From a virus, in the IMG/VR virus record IMGVR_UViG_3300031949_000010: 23,078 nt of DNA; one strand, written 5' to 3'. The notes under the pieces were generated by a model. The model saw nothing but the letters and a program-made list of their open reading frames with translations, made no database searches and was not told the origin of the DNA. The position numbers and the translations under genes are program-made. Shown here piece after piece: positions 1 through 7,044 of this stretch (its first letter is position 1; the number at the start of each line of letters is the position of its first letter).

Positions 1-1
1 C

Positions 2-25
2 TCGGCGCTCGACGTGGTGGACTGA
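2..25 (+). CDS. Possible 3' end of an upstream ORF (partial, ...SALDVVD*)
   Basis: Open frame from the window edge to TGA at 23-25 with GC-ending codons; too short to identify. Confidence 0.3.
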   Translation, partial: SALDVVD

Positions 26-104
26 CCCGGCGAGGGCTGAGATGGTCCGGTGTGGGTGCCTTGCGCCCGACGACTCGGAGCACCCGCAGTAGGGGAGTCG
101 CGCA

Positions 105-575
105 ATGGACATTCGGTGCATTTCGCTCATGGAGCCATGGGCAAGCCTCGTCGCCCTGGGCTACAAGCGGATCGAGACGCGCGGCTGGGCGACCGCCTAC
201 CGCGGCCCTCTGGGGATCCACGCCTCCAGATCGACCAAGTGCCTAAAGGACGGCTTTCCCGACAAACTCTGCGAGAGGGCGAACCTGTTCTTCCGGTTCG
301 GCCCAGACTACCCCTGGCCGTTCGGGCGGATTCTCTGCATGAGCGACATCAGGGCCTGCGTCCGGACAGACCTCATGACGCGCCCCGTCGAGCCCCGAGA
401 GATCGCCCTGGGCGACTTCTCGTTCACGTCGGAGCGAAAGAGGTACGGGTTCGTGCTGTCCCCTCCAAAGCTCCTCGCCGACGGCATCCCTCACTGTGGG
501 TCCCTCAGTTTGTGGGAGCCCTCGATCGAGGCGATGGTAAAGATCCGAGGTCTGCTCTCTGGAGCCGGAGTCTGA
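105..575 (+). CDS. ASCH-domain protein (ASC-1 homology, PUA-like)
   Basis: ISLMEPWASLVALGYKRIETRGWATAYRGPLGIHAS matches the ASCH signature (SLxxPWA...GxKxxExR.W...RG.L.IHA); C-terminal GSLSLW; SD GGGGAG upstream. Confidence 0.9.
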   Translation: MDIRCISLMEPWASLVALGYKRIETRGWATAYRGPLGIHASRSTKCLKDGFPDKLCERANLFFRFGPDYPWPFGRILCMSDIRACVRTDLMTRPVEPREIALGDFSFTSERKRYGFVLSPPKLLADGIPHCGSLSLWEPSIEAMVKIRGLLSGAGV

Positions 576-576
576 G

Positions 577-2418
577 GTGCGGGAAGGAGATGCCCTGAAT
601 GGCCTGGCTCTATTCGCCGGTGTTGCCGGTCTCGAAAGAGGCCTTGATCTTGTCCTCGGAAGAGCCTATCAAACCGTGTGTTATGTCGAGCGGGACGCTT
701 ACGCCGCGGCCGACCTCGTGGCACGGATGGAAGACGAGGTCCTGGATCCGGCTCCTGAATGGGACGACGTTTCCACCTTCGATCCTATCCCGTGGCGTGG
801 AATCGTGGATCTCGTCGCTGGCGGCTTCCCGTGCACCGACATTTCCGACGCCGGGAAGCGTGCCGGGATCGGAGGAGCCAAGAGTGGCCTCTGGAAACAG
901 TACGCCCGAATCATCGCCGCCCTCCGACCCGCCATCGTCTGGGCCGAGAACGTCGGGGCTCTCGTTCGCCGTGGGCTCGACGTTGTCCTCGAGGACCTTG
1001 CCGCCCTCGGGTACGATGCGGAATGGATGTGTCTCCGCGCGTCCGACGTGGGTGCCCCCCACGGCCGGAAGAGGCTCTTCCTCCTCGCCATCCGGCAGGA
1101 CCTCCTGGACGACACCATGCGCGACGGAGGAGGACCGGGGCGGGCAGAAGTACGCTCAGGGCGGCACGCCGCTCAGGAGCCAGGCCTCGAACTTGGCCAC
1201 GCCGAACGTGCCGAACGGCGGGAGGACGATGACGCCGGAGGAGGTGGCAGCGAGGGGCGCGACAGAGAGGGGGAAGCGCCAGGTGCCCCTGGAAATGGAG
1301 GCAAGGTTCTGGCCGACGCCCTACGGATTTCAGGCGGGGAACGGCCCGGACGGGAACGAATTCTCGAAGGCGATGAGGAGGCTTGCCCAATCATCGCCCA
1401 ACTCCGCGAACTCGGAATCGCCGTCGAGCCCTGCCCGGACAACGGGGCCGACCCGGATGGCGAGGACCGATGGCACACCGACGGATACTGCTCCAACCTT
1501 GCAGGCCTCAGGGGCCTGCTCGATGAGGCGCTGGCCGACACCGAGGGCTTCGGCGAGCGAGCAGAGGACGCACCAGCGGCCGCCGTCCCACGACAAGGGA
1601 CACGGGGGGAACCTCTCTTCGGAAGCCGAGAACTGGCCGACGCCAACAGCGCAGGACTGCGAGAGCTCGGGCAATCGCCCCGGGAAGTCGGGCGCGGCCG
1701 ACGGCCTGACGAAGGCGGCGAGGTCGCACGCGGGGACGTCGCTCACGGACCTGGCGGCGAGGAAGTGGTCGACCCCTCGCTCGGAGGACTCGGAGTCGTG
1801 CGGGAAGCATCCCGGAAGCAAGGGCGGCGACTCGTTGACGGCGCAGATCCAGAACTGGCCGACGCCGGCGACGAACCCTCAGGCACCGAACCGGAACTCG
1901 AACACAGTGAACGGACCGACGAGCCTGGAGCAGGCGGCGCTGGAGAACTGGCCGACTCCCACATCGTCGGACAGAACCGGGATGAGCGCGGGCGACCGGA
2001 AGTCGAGCCTGCGGAACGGCGTGCAGGCTTGGCCGACACCGAGCGCCCGGGACATGAAGGGGACGGACATCCCGAACCATCGCGGCGGCGCAAGCCTATC
2101 GCACTACGTGGAGACTGGGCAGAGGTGCCACCCTTCCCCCCGGGACCCGGGGAGCGCGACCGATGGGAGGCGCTCCTCTCCCACAGCCCGCAGCTCGCCC
2201 CTGCGATTAAACCCCGCCTTCGTGTCGTTCTTGATGGGCTGGCCATGGTGGTGGACAAGGGCCGAACGGATCAACTTCGCTGCGCGGGAAATGGAGTCGT
2301 ACCTCTTCAGGCAGCGGTCGCTTTTGCGATCCTTGCTGGCCGGTTCGGGTTTCTGCCAGAGGTGAGGGTCGGACCGAAGGGTCCCTTCCTGGTTGCGGCG
2401 GAGGGCGCGCCGGGCTAG
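577..2418 (+). CDS. C5-cytosine DNA methyltransferase, catalytic (alpha-like) polypeptide
   Basis: Motif I LFAGVAG, IV GGFPC, VI ENV, VIII ASDVGAPHGRKRLF, X GNGVVP (2287). No motif IX in this frame. Start uncertain: GTG 577 or CTG 595 (LNGLALFAG). Confidence 0.92.
   Translation: MREGDALNGLALFAGVAGLERGLDLVLGRAYQTVCYVERDAYAAADLVARMEDEVLDPAPEWDDVSTFDPIPWRGIVDLVAGGFPCTDISDAGKRAGIGGAKSGLWKQYARIIAALRPAIVWAENVGALVRRGLDVVLEDLAALGYDAEWMCLRASDVGAPHGRKRLFLLAIRQDLLDDTMRDGGGPGRAEVRSGRHAAQEPGLELGHAERAERREDDDAGGGGSEGRDREGEAPGAPGNGGKVLADALRISGGERPGRERILEGDEEACPIIAQLRELGIAVEPCPDNGADPDGEDRWHTDGYCSNLAGLRGLLDEALADTEGFGERAEDAPAAAVPRQGTRGEPLFGSRELADANSAGLRELGQSPREVGRGRRPDEGGEVARGDVAHGPGGEEVVDPSLGGLGVVREASRKQGRRLVDGADPELADAGDEPSGTEPELEHSERTDEPGAGGAGELADSHIVGQNRDERGRPEVEPAERRAGLADTERPGHEGDGHPEPSRRRKPIALRGDWAEVPPFPPGPGERDRWEALLSHSPQLAPAIKPRLRVVLDGLAMVVDKGRTDQLRCAGNGVVPLQAAVAFAILAGRFGFLPEVRVGPKGPFLVAAEGAPG
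599..2365 (+). CDS. Overprinted +1-frame methyltransferase partner (beta-like polypeptide) with WPTP repeats and motif IX-like LNPAFVSFLMGWP
   Basis: 588 codons open inside the MTase gene; ATG 599 has AGGAG 9 nt upstream; nine W[PST]TP/LATP units; LNPxFVxxLMGWP at 2207, just before motif X of the other frame. Confidence 0.75.
   Translation: MAWLYSPVLPVSKEALILSSEEPIKPCVMSSGTLTPRPTSWHGWKTRSWIRLLNGTTFPPSILSRGVESWISSLAASRAPTFPTPGSVPGSEEPRVASGNSTPESSPPSDPPSSGPRTSGLSFAVGSTLSSRTLPPSGTMRNGCVSARPTWVPPTAGRGSSSSPSGRTSWTTPCATEEDRGGQKYAQGGTPLRSQASNLATPNVPNGGRTMTPEEVAARGATERGKRQVPLEMEARFWPTPYGFQAGNGPDGNEFSKAMRRLAQSSPNSANSESPSSPARTTGPTRMARTDGTPTDTAPTLQASGACSMRRWPTPRASASEQRTHQRPPSHDKGHGGNLSSEAENWPTPTAQDCESSGNRPGKSGAADGLTKAARSHAGTSLTDLAARKWSTPRSEDSESCGKHPGSKGGDSLTAQIQNWPTPATNPQAPNRNSNTVNGPTSLEQAALENWPTPTSSDRTGMSAGDRKSSLRNGVQAWPTPSARDMKGTDIPNHRGGASLSHYVETGQRCHPSPRDPGSATDGRRSSPTARSSPLRLNPAFVSFLMGWPWWWTRAERINFAAREMESYLFRQRSLLRSLLAGSGFCQR
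1106..2045 (+). repeat. Nine dispersed copies of a TGG(C/T/A)CGAC-type unit (WPTP in +1 frame, LAD[A/T/S] in MTase frame)
   Basis: Copies at 1106, 1193 (variant), 1310, 1532, 1634, 1766, 1856, 1949, 2030, all in the same frame. Confidence 0.85.
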
Positions 2419-2421
2419 AAT
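2393..2421 (+). promoter_or_regulatory. Putative sigma70-type promoter TTGCGG-N17-TAGAAT
   Basis: -35 at 2393-2398, -10 at 2416-2421, 17-nt spacer, upstream of ORF 2443. Confidence 0.55.
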
Positions 2422-2442
2422 CGGGCGGAGGAACACGAGGAC

Positions 2443-2883
2443 GTGGGCGACACCGCCTGCAAGCGCTGTGGCGCTGCCGCCGCGCAGGAAGCGCTGATCG
2501 AAGGCCTCTGCGCGCCGTGCGTCTTCTCGCTCGCGGATAGCCAATCGTCCTCGACGCGCGAGGAGATCCGCCGGAAGGCCGAGGTGGTGCGGGCGGAGAC
2601 GGCCGGGCTCTTCCCCGAGGAGGGCCTCCGCTCCATCATCGAGGGGCTCTGGGACGCCGCAGAAGCCGGCGCGGACAGGGAGGTCGAGGTGGTCCGGACC
2701 ATGCTCGAGATCCAGAGGGCTGGCGGTTTGGGGGCCTCAAGGGACATGATGGCCGTGGCCGAGGGCTTCAGGGAGCTCTCCGGGAAGCTCAAGACGGCCC
2801 TCGAGGACTTCGCCGAGGCCATGGAGGAGGAGGTCCGGAGGAAGATTCGGCTCCTCTCCAAGGCCGGAAACCGGGACGCGTGA
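2443..2883 (+). CDS. Hypothetical protein, N-terminal CxxC...CxxC zinc ribbon plus helical C-terminus
   Basis: CKRC...CAPC; GAGG SD; ATGA overlap with the DnaJ gene. Confidence 0.7.
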   Translation: MGDTACKRCGAAAAQEALIEGLCAPCVFSLADSQSSSTREEIRRKAEVVRAETAGLFPEEGLRSIIEGLWDAAEAGADREVEVVRTMLEIQRAGGLGASRDMMAVAEGFRELSGKLKTALEDFAEAMEEEVRRKIRLLSKAGNRDA

Positions 2884-3575
2884 TGGCCGACCCCTATGTC
2901 GTCCTGGGCGTCGTCCCCGGCGCGCCGGCCGACCAGGTGCGGGCCGCGTACCGCCGACTGGCCGCCGAGCTCCATCCGGACAGGAACCCGGGAAATCCAT
3001 CGGCCGCGCGCCGGTTCAGAGAGGTCTCGGAGGCCTACACTAGGATCAACTCGGGCTCCCCGGCAAGGCCGACATCCCGGGTCGAGGAGGTGTCTCCTAT
3101 TTTCGCCGTGGGCGACATCCTGGGCGGCTTCGTCGACATGCTCTTCGGGGCCGCCCCGTCGTCGAGCAGGACGTCCGTCTGCCGCGCGCAGCTCGAGCTC
3201 GACCGGCGTTCGGCCTCGCTCGGCGCAAGGCGGGACGTCAAGGTCTCATGGGACGCCCCCTGCGCCTCCTGCGCCGGAGTGGGCGGCGAGCCCGGCGGGC
3301 CCTGCGGCGCGTGCGGGGGTAGCGGCAGGACGGGCGCGAGTTTGGGCCTCGTCCGGATCGTCGCCACGTGCAGGACCTGCATGGGCTCGGGGCGGGGCAC
3401 GCGGCCGTGCAGGGAGTGTGGCGGCGTGGGCGCGGTGCCGAGACGCGAGAGCATCGAGGTGGAGATCCCCGCCGGCGTGCGCGACGGTGCCAGGCTCGTT
3501 TACAGGAGCGCGGGACTCGCGGACGCTTTCGGCCGGCCGGTCGAGGTCTGGATCGACCTCACAGTGGCCCCGTGA
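2880..3575 (+). CDS. Compact DnaJ-family co-chaperone (J domain, zinc finger, truncated C-terminal domain)
   Basis: DPYVVLGV...AYRRLAAELHPD...F.EVSEAY; four CxxCxGxG repeats (CASCAGVG, CGACGGSG, CRTCMGSG, CRECGGVG); EIPAGVRDG. Confidence 0.9.
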   Translation: MMADPYVVLGVVPGAPADQVRAAYRRLAAELHPDRNPGNPSAARRFREVSEAYTRINSGSPARPTSRVEEVSPIFAVGDILGGFVDMLFGAAPSSSRTSVCRAQLELDRRSASLGARRDVKVSWDAPCASCAGVGGEPGGPCGACGGSGRTGASLGLVRIVATCRTCMGSGRGTRPCRECGGVGAVPRRESIEVEIPAGVRDGARLVYRSAGLADAFGRPVEVWIDLTVAP

Positions 3576-3649
3576 CACCGAAACTGCTAATGTGCTCCGA
3601 TTGCGGCGAGTGCAGGCGAGGAGGAAGCGGATGAAGGAGGAGAGGACAT

Positions 3650-4195
3650 ATGGCGAGCGCTGATGTTGTCCGGCTCCTGGGCGCGATCGAGCGCGGCTGG
3701 CAACTCGCACAGGCCGGCGCGGTTTCCGAGACGGAGTTCCTGCTCTTCCAGTCCATAGCGGCCGACGCCCTTCGGACCGTCTCCTCGATCGCGAGGGCCT
3801 ACCCGCTGACCTCGGACGAGGAGGAGACCATCCGGCAGGCGTCCCGGCGCGTGGAGGGCTTCACGGTGGCCCTCGAGGCGGCCGCAGAGCGCCCCAAGTG
3901 GTGGACCTGGGCCGCAGCCGGGCTTGCCGGCGCGGCGTTGGGCGCGGGCGCGGTGGCCCTCTTCTCGGACGACGGTGGCTCGCGCCGGATGTCCGGCCCA
4001 CGTGAGCGGAAGGGCGGGGTCCTCTGGCCAGCCCTCGCCGTCCTGGGCTCCGGGCTCGTGATCGGCGCGGCGGGTTTCCCTCATCGGGACTCGGTCGGGG
4101 GCGCGCTCGCGATCGGAGCCGGGTCGAGCGCCGCCGGCGCCGCCCTCACGTTGCTTGTCCTTCATCTTTCGGGTTCGGACCTGTTGGCCGCATGA
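3650..4195 (+). CDS. Membrane protein with 2-3 Gly/Ala-rich hydrophobic helices
   Basis: Strong SD AAGGAGGAGAGG; WWTWAAAGLAGAALGAGAVALF, VLWPALAVLGSGLVIGAAG, GALAIGAGSSAAGAALTLLVL. Confidence 0.75.
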   Translation: MASADVVRLLGAIERGWQLAQAGAVSETEFLLFQSIAADALRTVSSIARAYPLTSDEEETIRQASRRVEGFTVALEAAAERPKWWTWAAAGLAGAALGAGAVALFSDDGGSRRMSGPRERKGGVLWPALAVLGSGLVIGAAGFPHRDSVGGALAIGAGSSAAGAALTLLVLHLSGSDLLAA

Positions 4196-4204
4196 GGACT
4201 TGCC

Positions 4205-4471
4205 ATGGCAGACCTAAAGGTGCTTGAGAAGGATGGCTGGGAGGAACTCGACGATGTGGAGAGCGCGATCACAGAGGGCGCTCTCGACATAAGGAAACTC
4301 TGGGCATCAGTCGGTCAAGGCGACACCGCCCAAGCCGCCCTGACGCTATTTGAGGCAGGCTTCGATCTTGACGATGCCGAAGTGGAGGGCGTGAAGGACG
4401 TGACCATCATTTCCACCCCTGACGACATCCTGGGGCAACACTACAGGATCTGGGTGAAGTTGCGCGGGTAA
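4205..4471 (+). CDS. Hypothetical acidic protein
   Basis: SD GAGG; tiles between neighbouring genes. Confidence 0.7.
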   Translation: MADLKVLEKDGWEELDDVESAITEGALDIRKLWASVGQGDTAQAALTLFEAGFDLDDAEVEGVKDVTIISTPDDILGQHYRIWVKLRG

Positions 4472-4483
4472 GAAGGAGAGGAC

Positions 4484-4792
4484 ATGCAAAATCCACGCGC
4501 GAAAAGCGAGAAGATCGAAATCCCACTGGACATCCAAGTGCAGAGCGTAAGCAACCGTGGAAGAAGCACGCTCTCCGCAGCGGTCATCTGGGACCACGGC
4601 TACTGGACGCTGCGCATTGATGGAACGCCCGGGCAATGGACCCTCCGGACTCTCCTGTTTGGCTATCCGGAAGAAGATGAGATTCGGCCGATCTCCGGCG
4701 AGATGTATATCGACGCCGGTGCTGGCTGGTACATCGAGAACTGGCCGGTGGTTCTGGGGCGCGCCCTCAAGATCGTGCTCGGGAACATGTAG
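4484..4792 (+). CDS. Hypothetical protein
   Basis: SD AAGGAGAGG; globular Trp-rich composition. Confidence 0.7.
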   Translation: MQNPRAKSEKIEIPLDIQVQSVSNRGRSTLSAAVIWDHGYWTLRIDGTPGQWTLRTLLFGYPEEDEIRPISGEMYIDAGAGWYIENWPVVLGRALKIVLGNM

Positions 4793-4809
4793 ATCTTAGG
4801 GCGAGAGGC

Positions 4810-5052
4810 GTGACCTGCTCCGAATTCAAGACCTGCATCTACGTCGTCAATGGCCCTGGAGGGTCCGGCCGGTTGACGAGGCAAATGCGTTCCCATGCTA
4901 GGCGCTGCCGCTTATGCGATACTCTCTGGGTGCGTGTCATGGAAATCCAGTTGGGGCGGCAACTCAGAGAGAAGCTGGCTCTGCAACGCGAGATACGCGA
5001 GATGAGAAGAGAACAAGCGCGGCCCCTTCGGCCGGCACAAAGGAAATGTTAG
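4810..5052 (+). CDS. Small protein with zf-HC2 (ZAS)-like pattern
   Basis: MTCSE...SHARRCRLC (Cys near N-terminus plus HxxxCxxC); GTG start after GAGG. Confidence 0.55.
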   Translation: MTCSEFKTCIYVVNGPGGSGRLTRQMRSHARRCRLCDTLWVRVMEIQLGRQLREKLALQREIREMRREQARPLRPAQRKC

Positions 5053-5062
5053 GGAGGCGCAA

Positions 5063-5254
5063 GTGGAAGACTCGGTCCGGAAATACGTGGGGACCATGCT
5101 CGGGCAACGCGACTACCTGACCGAGCTCTACCACGCCTTCGAGGAAAATTACAACGAGGCTTTGAAGGAGGGCGACGCGACGCGCGTGGAGATGTTCATG
5201 GCGGCGATCATCATGACCGAACGGCTGATCGAGCGCACAAAAAAGAGATCTTAG
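5063..5254 (+). CDS. Hypothetical small helical protein
   Basis: SD GGAGG, GTG start. Confidence 0.65.
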   Translation: MEDSVRKYVGTMLGQRDYLTELYHAFEENYNEALKEGDATRVEMFMAAIIMTERLIERTKKRS

Positions 5255-5269
5255 GCCGAGAAGATTGAA

Positions 5270-5590
5270 ATGCCGCTCGAGTGCTCCTGCCAAAGGGACG
5301 CCGATGGCCGCTGCGACCGATGCGCGGCCGAGATCGCCCTGGTTCTCGTGAAGTACCTTGAGGCAGTGAAGCGCCTGGCCGAGGGGATGGCCGACGTTTG
5401 CACCGCATGCGCCAAGGCGGAATTCGACAGGTCTGGAGCATTCGCGATCCGTGATGTGGCCGCGAGACACTTGAACCTGCCGGCGATCGCGCTCGAGGCC
5501 TTCGTCGTCCATTACCGCAGGAGCCGAGGCATCGAAAACACGCCGCTCATGGACCTCGAGATCCGCCGGCTCCGCGAGCGGGCACCCTGA
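5270..5590 (+). CDS. Hypothetical Cys-rich protein
   Basis: CxC...CxxC...CxxC pattern; tiles with neighbours. Confidence 0.6.
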   Translation: MPLECSCQRDADGRCDRCAAEIALVLVKYLEAVKRLAEGMADVCTACAKAEFDRSGAFAIRDVAARHLNLPAIALEAFVVHYRRSRGIENTPLMDLEIRRLRERAP

Positions 5591-5603
5591 TGGCGAGCGA
5601 TGC

Positions 5604-5632
5604 TTGCGCGGCCGGGGAGGGCGCGCTATCAT
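5604..5632 (+). promoter_or_regulatory. Putative promoter TTGCGC-N17-TATCAT, probably leaderless for ATG 5639
   Basis: -10 ends 6 nt before ATG 5639; no SD between them. Confidence 0.6.
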
Positions 5633-5638
5633 CCTCGC

Positions 5639-5851
5639 ATGGCCCTTGAGGTCGAGATCGCCACATACCGGAGGCTCTGGCCCTCTCTCGTCCAGCGCCA
5701 CCTGGGCAAGCAGGTCCTGATCCAGGGTGATCGGCTGGTCGGCGCCTATCCAGACTATGGCTCCGCCCTCCGCGAGGCGACTAGGCTCTTCGGCACGAAT
5801 CCGTTCCTGATCCGGGAGGTCCGAGACCCGGAGCCGGTGGAGACCCTATGA
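5639..5851 (+). CDS. DUF5678-like small protein
   Basis: LEVEIATYRR...L...HLGKQVLIQGDRLVGAY..Y..A..EA...FG..PFLIREV resembles small proteins typically encoded directly before retropepsin-like proteases. Confidence 0.7.
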   Translation: MALEVEIATYRRLWPSLVQRHLGKQVLIQGDRLVGAYPDYGSALREATRLFGTNPFLIREVRDPEPVETL

Positions 5852-6468
5852 CGGCCGGCGAACGCGCGTTTTCGTTTGGTCGGGAGTCCTTGGCGGCCCC
5901 GAGGCGCAGGTCCCGGAACCTGCTGGGCGCGGCCGCGCCGTCCGCAGGAGCCTCCCTCAGGGACGAGGGCGCGATCATCCAGGTCACGATTCAGCAGCCC
6001 GTGTCCGTGGCGGCGCGCCTGAAGGGCGAGGGCCGGCAGGTCCCAGATCCGTTTCGGGCGCTCGCAATGGTGGACACCGGGGCCTCGATCACGGCGATCG
6101 AGCGGACGGTCGCCGAACGACTGGGGCTCCTCCAGACCGGGGTCGCCCCCGTCGCCGGCGTGACGGGCGTCGCGGAGCAGCCCGTCTATGCCGCATCGCT
6201 CGGCTTCCTCTCTCCGAGCTTCACGCTTGACCCCTGGTCGATGATCGGAAGCCCGATCGGTCGCCAGGGCTTTCATGTTCTCCTTGGACGGGATGTCCTT
6301 CAGCGGCTCCGGCTGATCTACGACGGGGCGTCGGGCGCATTCTCGCTCTCCCCCGCCGACGGAGGACTCGTATCTGGGCCCGGCATCGCGCGGGTAGCAG
6401 GTGTGGTTCTTGCGTTCGCGGGCGTGGGCACGGCTGCGGCCTTCGCGACCGGGCTGCTCAAGCCCTGA
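5848..6468 (+). CDS. Retropepsin-like (clan AA) aspartyl protease with C-terminal membrane anchor
   Basis: AMVDTGASITAI catalytic motif; LLGRDVL closing motif; hydrophobic tail VAGVVLAFAGVGTAAAFATGLL; ATGA coupling to 5639 ORF. Confidence 0.88.
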   Translation: MTAGERAFSFGRESLAAPRRRSRNLLGAAAPSAGASLRDEGAIIQVTIQQPVSVAARLKGEGRQVPDPFRALAMVDTGASITAIERTVAERLGLLQTGVAPVAGVTGVAEQPVYAASLGFLSPSFTLDPWSMIGSPIGRQGFHVLLGRDVLQRLRLIYDGASGAFSLSPADGGLVSGPGIARVAGVVLAFAGVGTAAAFATGLLKP

Positions 6469-6553
6469 GAGATCCAAGATGCCGTACGTTCCGTCAAATG
6501 CCGGCCGGGTCGGCTCCCTAGGAATCCTTGTGGAATAAGATAAAGAGGAGAAC

Positions 6554-6778
6554 ATGAGAGGAATTAGAAAATCCTTCTTTGACCACATTTTGGCGCGGAA
6601 TCGCGCTTTGGATCTGACCAAACAAGGTCAAATTGTCAACATCGAACCGCCAGAGCGTCTGTGGGACTTCATCGACCATGTTGGAGTCTTCCTTTTGGAG
6701 CATGGAGCAATCAACTACAAGGACATTGAGGCGGCGCGCGACATGGCTAAGGACTACGAGGACCGCCTAGCCGGGTGA
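6554..6778 (+). CDS. Hypothetical protein in a lower-GC patch
   Basis: SD GAGGAG; AT-richer codons than flanks. Confidence 0.65.
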   Translation: MRGIRKSFFDHILARNRALDLTKQGQIVNIEPPERLWDFIDHVGVFLLEHGAINYKDIEAARDMAKDYEDRLAG

Positions 6779-6816
6779 ATAGCAATATTCTCGTAGAAGA
6801 TAATTTAGCCTCCGCC

Positions 6817-6846
6817 TTGACAACACGCCTCCGGGCGGGCTAGACT
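6817..6846 (+). promoter_or_regulatory. Putative sigma70 promoter TTGACA-N18-TAGACT
   Basis: Perfect -35, 18-nt spacer, AT-rich tract upstream (6779-6806), intergenic. Confidence 0.7.
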
Positions 6847-6855
6847 TCCTTCCGC

Positions 6856-7044
6856 ATGCCGCTGACAGCCCACGCGAGGACGATCCCCACGGACGAAAGC
6901 CCAGAGGAATCCGGTCCCCGTCTGGGCCTGTCGGCGATGGCCCTGGAGAGTTGTCCCGAACCCAGGGACGACGGGGAAGGGCGCCGCTCCCGAACGGCGG
7001 CATGGAAGAGGGGGAAACACACGCGTCGCGAGCCGGGCCGATGA
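6856..7044 (+). CDS. Possible small near-leaderless ORF
   Basis: ATG 9 nt after the -10 box; stop overlaps ATG 7041 (ATGA); low-complexity product. Confidence 0.35.
   Translation: MPLTAHARTIPTDESPEESGPRLGLSAMALESCPEPRDDGEGRRSRTAAWKRGKHTRREPGR

Noticed and set aside
1106-2045. CRISPR-like or DGR-like repeat array
   Set aside because: Repeat core is only about 8-12 nt, degenerate and codon-phased; no cas or reverse transcriptase gene in the window
577-2418. Frameshifted MTase pseudogene
   Set aside because: Both frames are open end to end, and motif X returns in the original frame; this fits a two-subunit design better than decay
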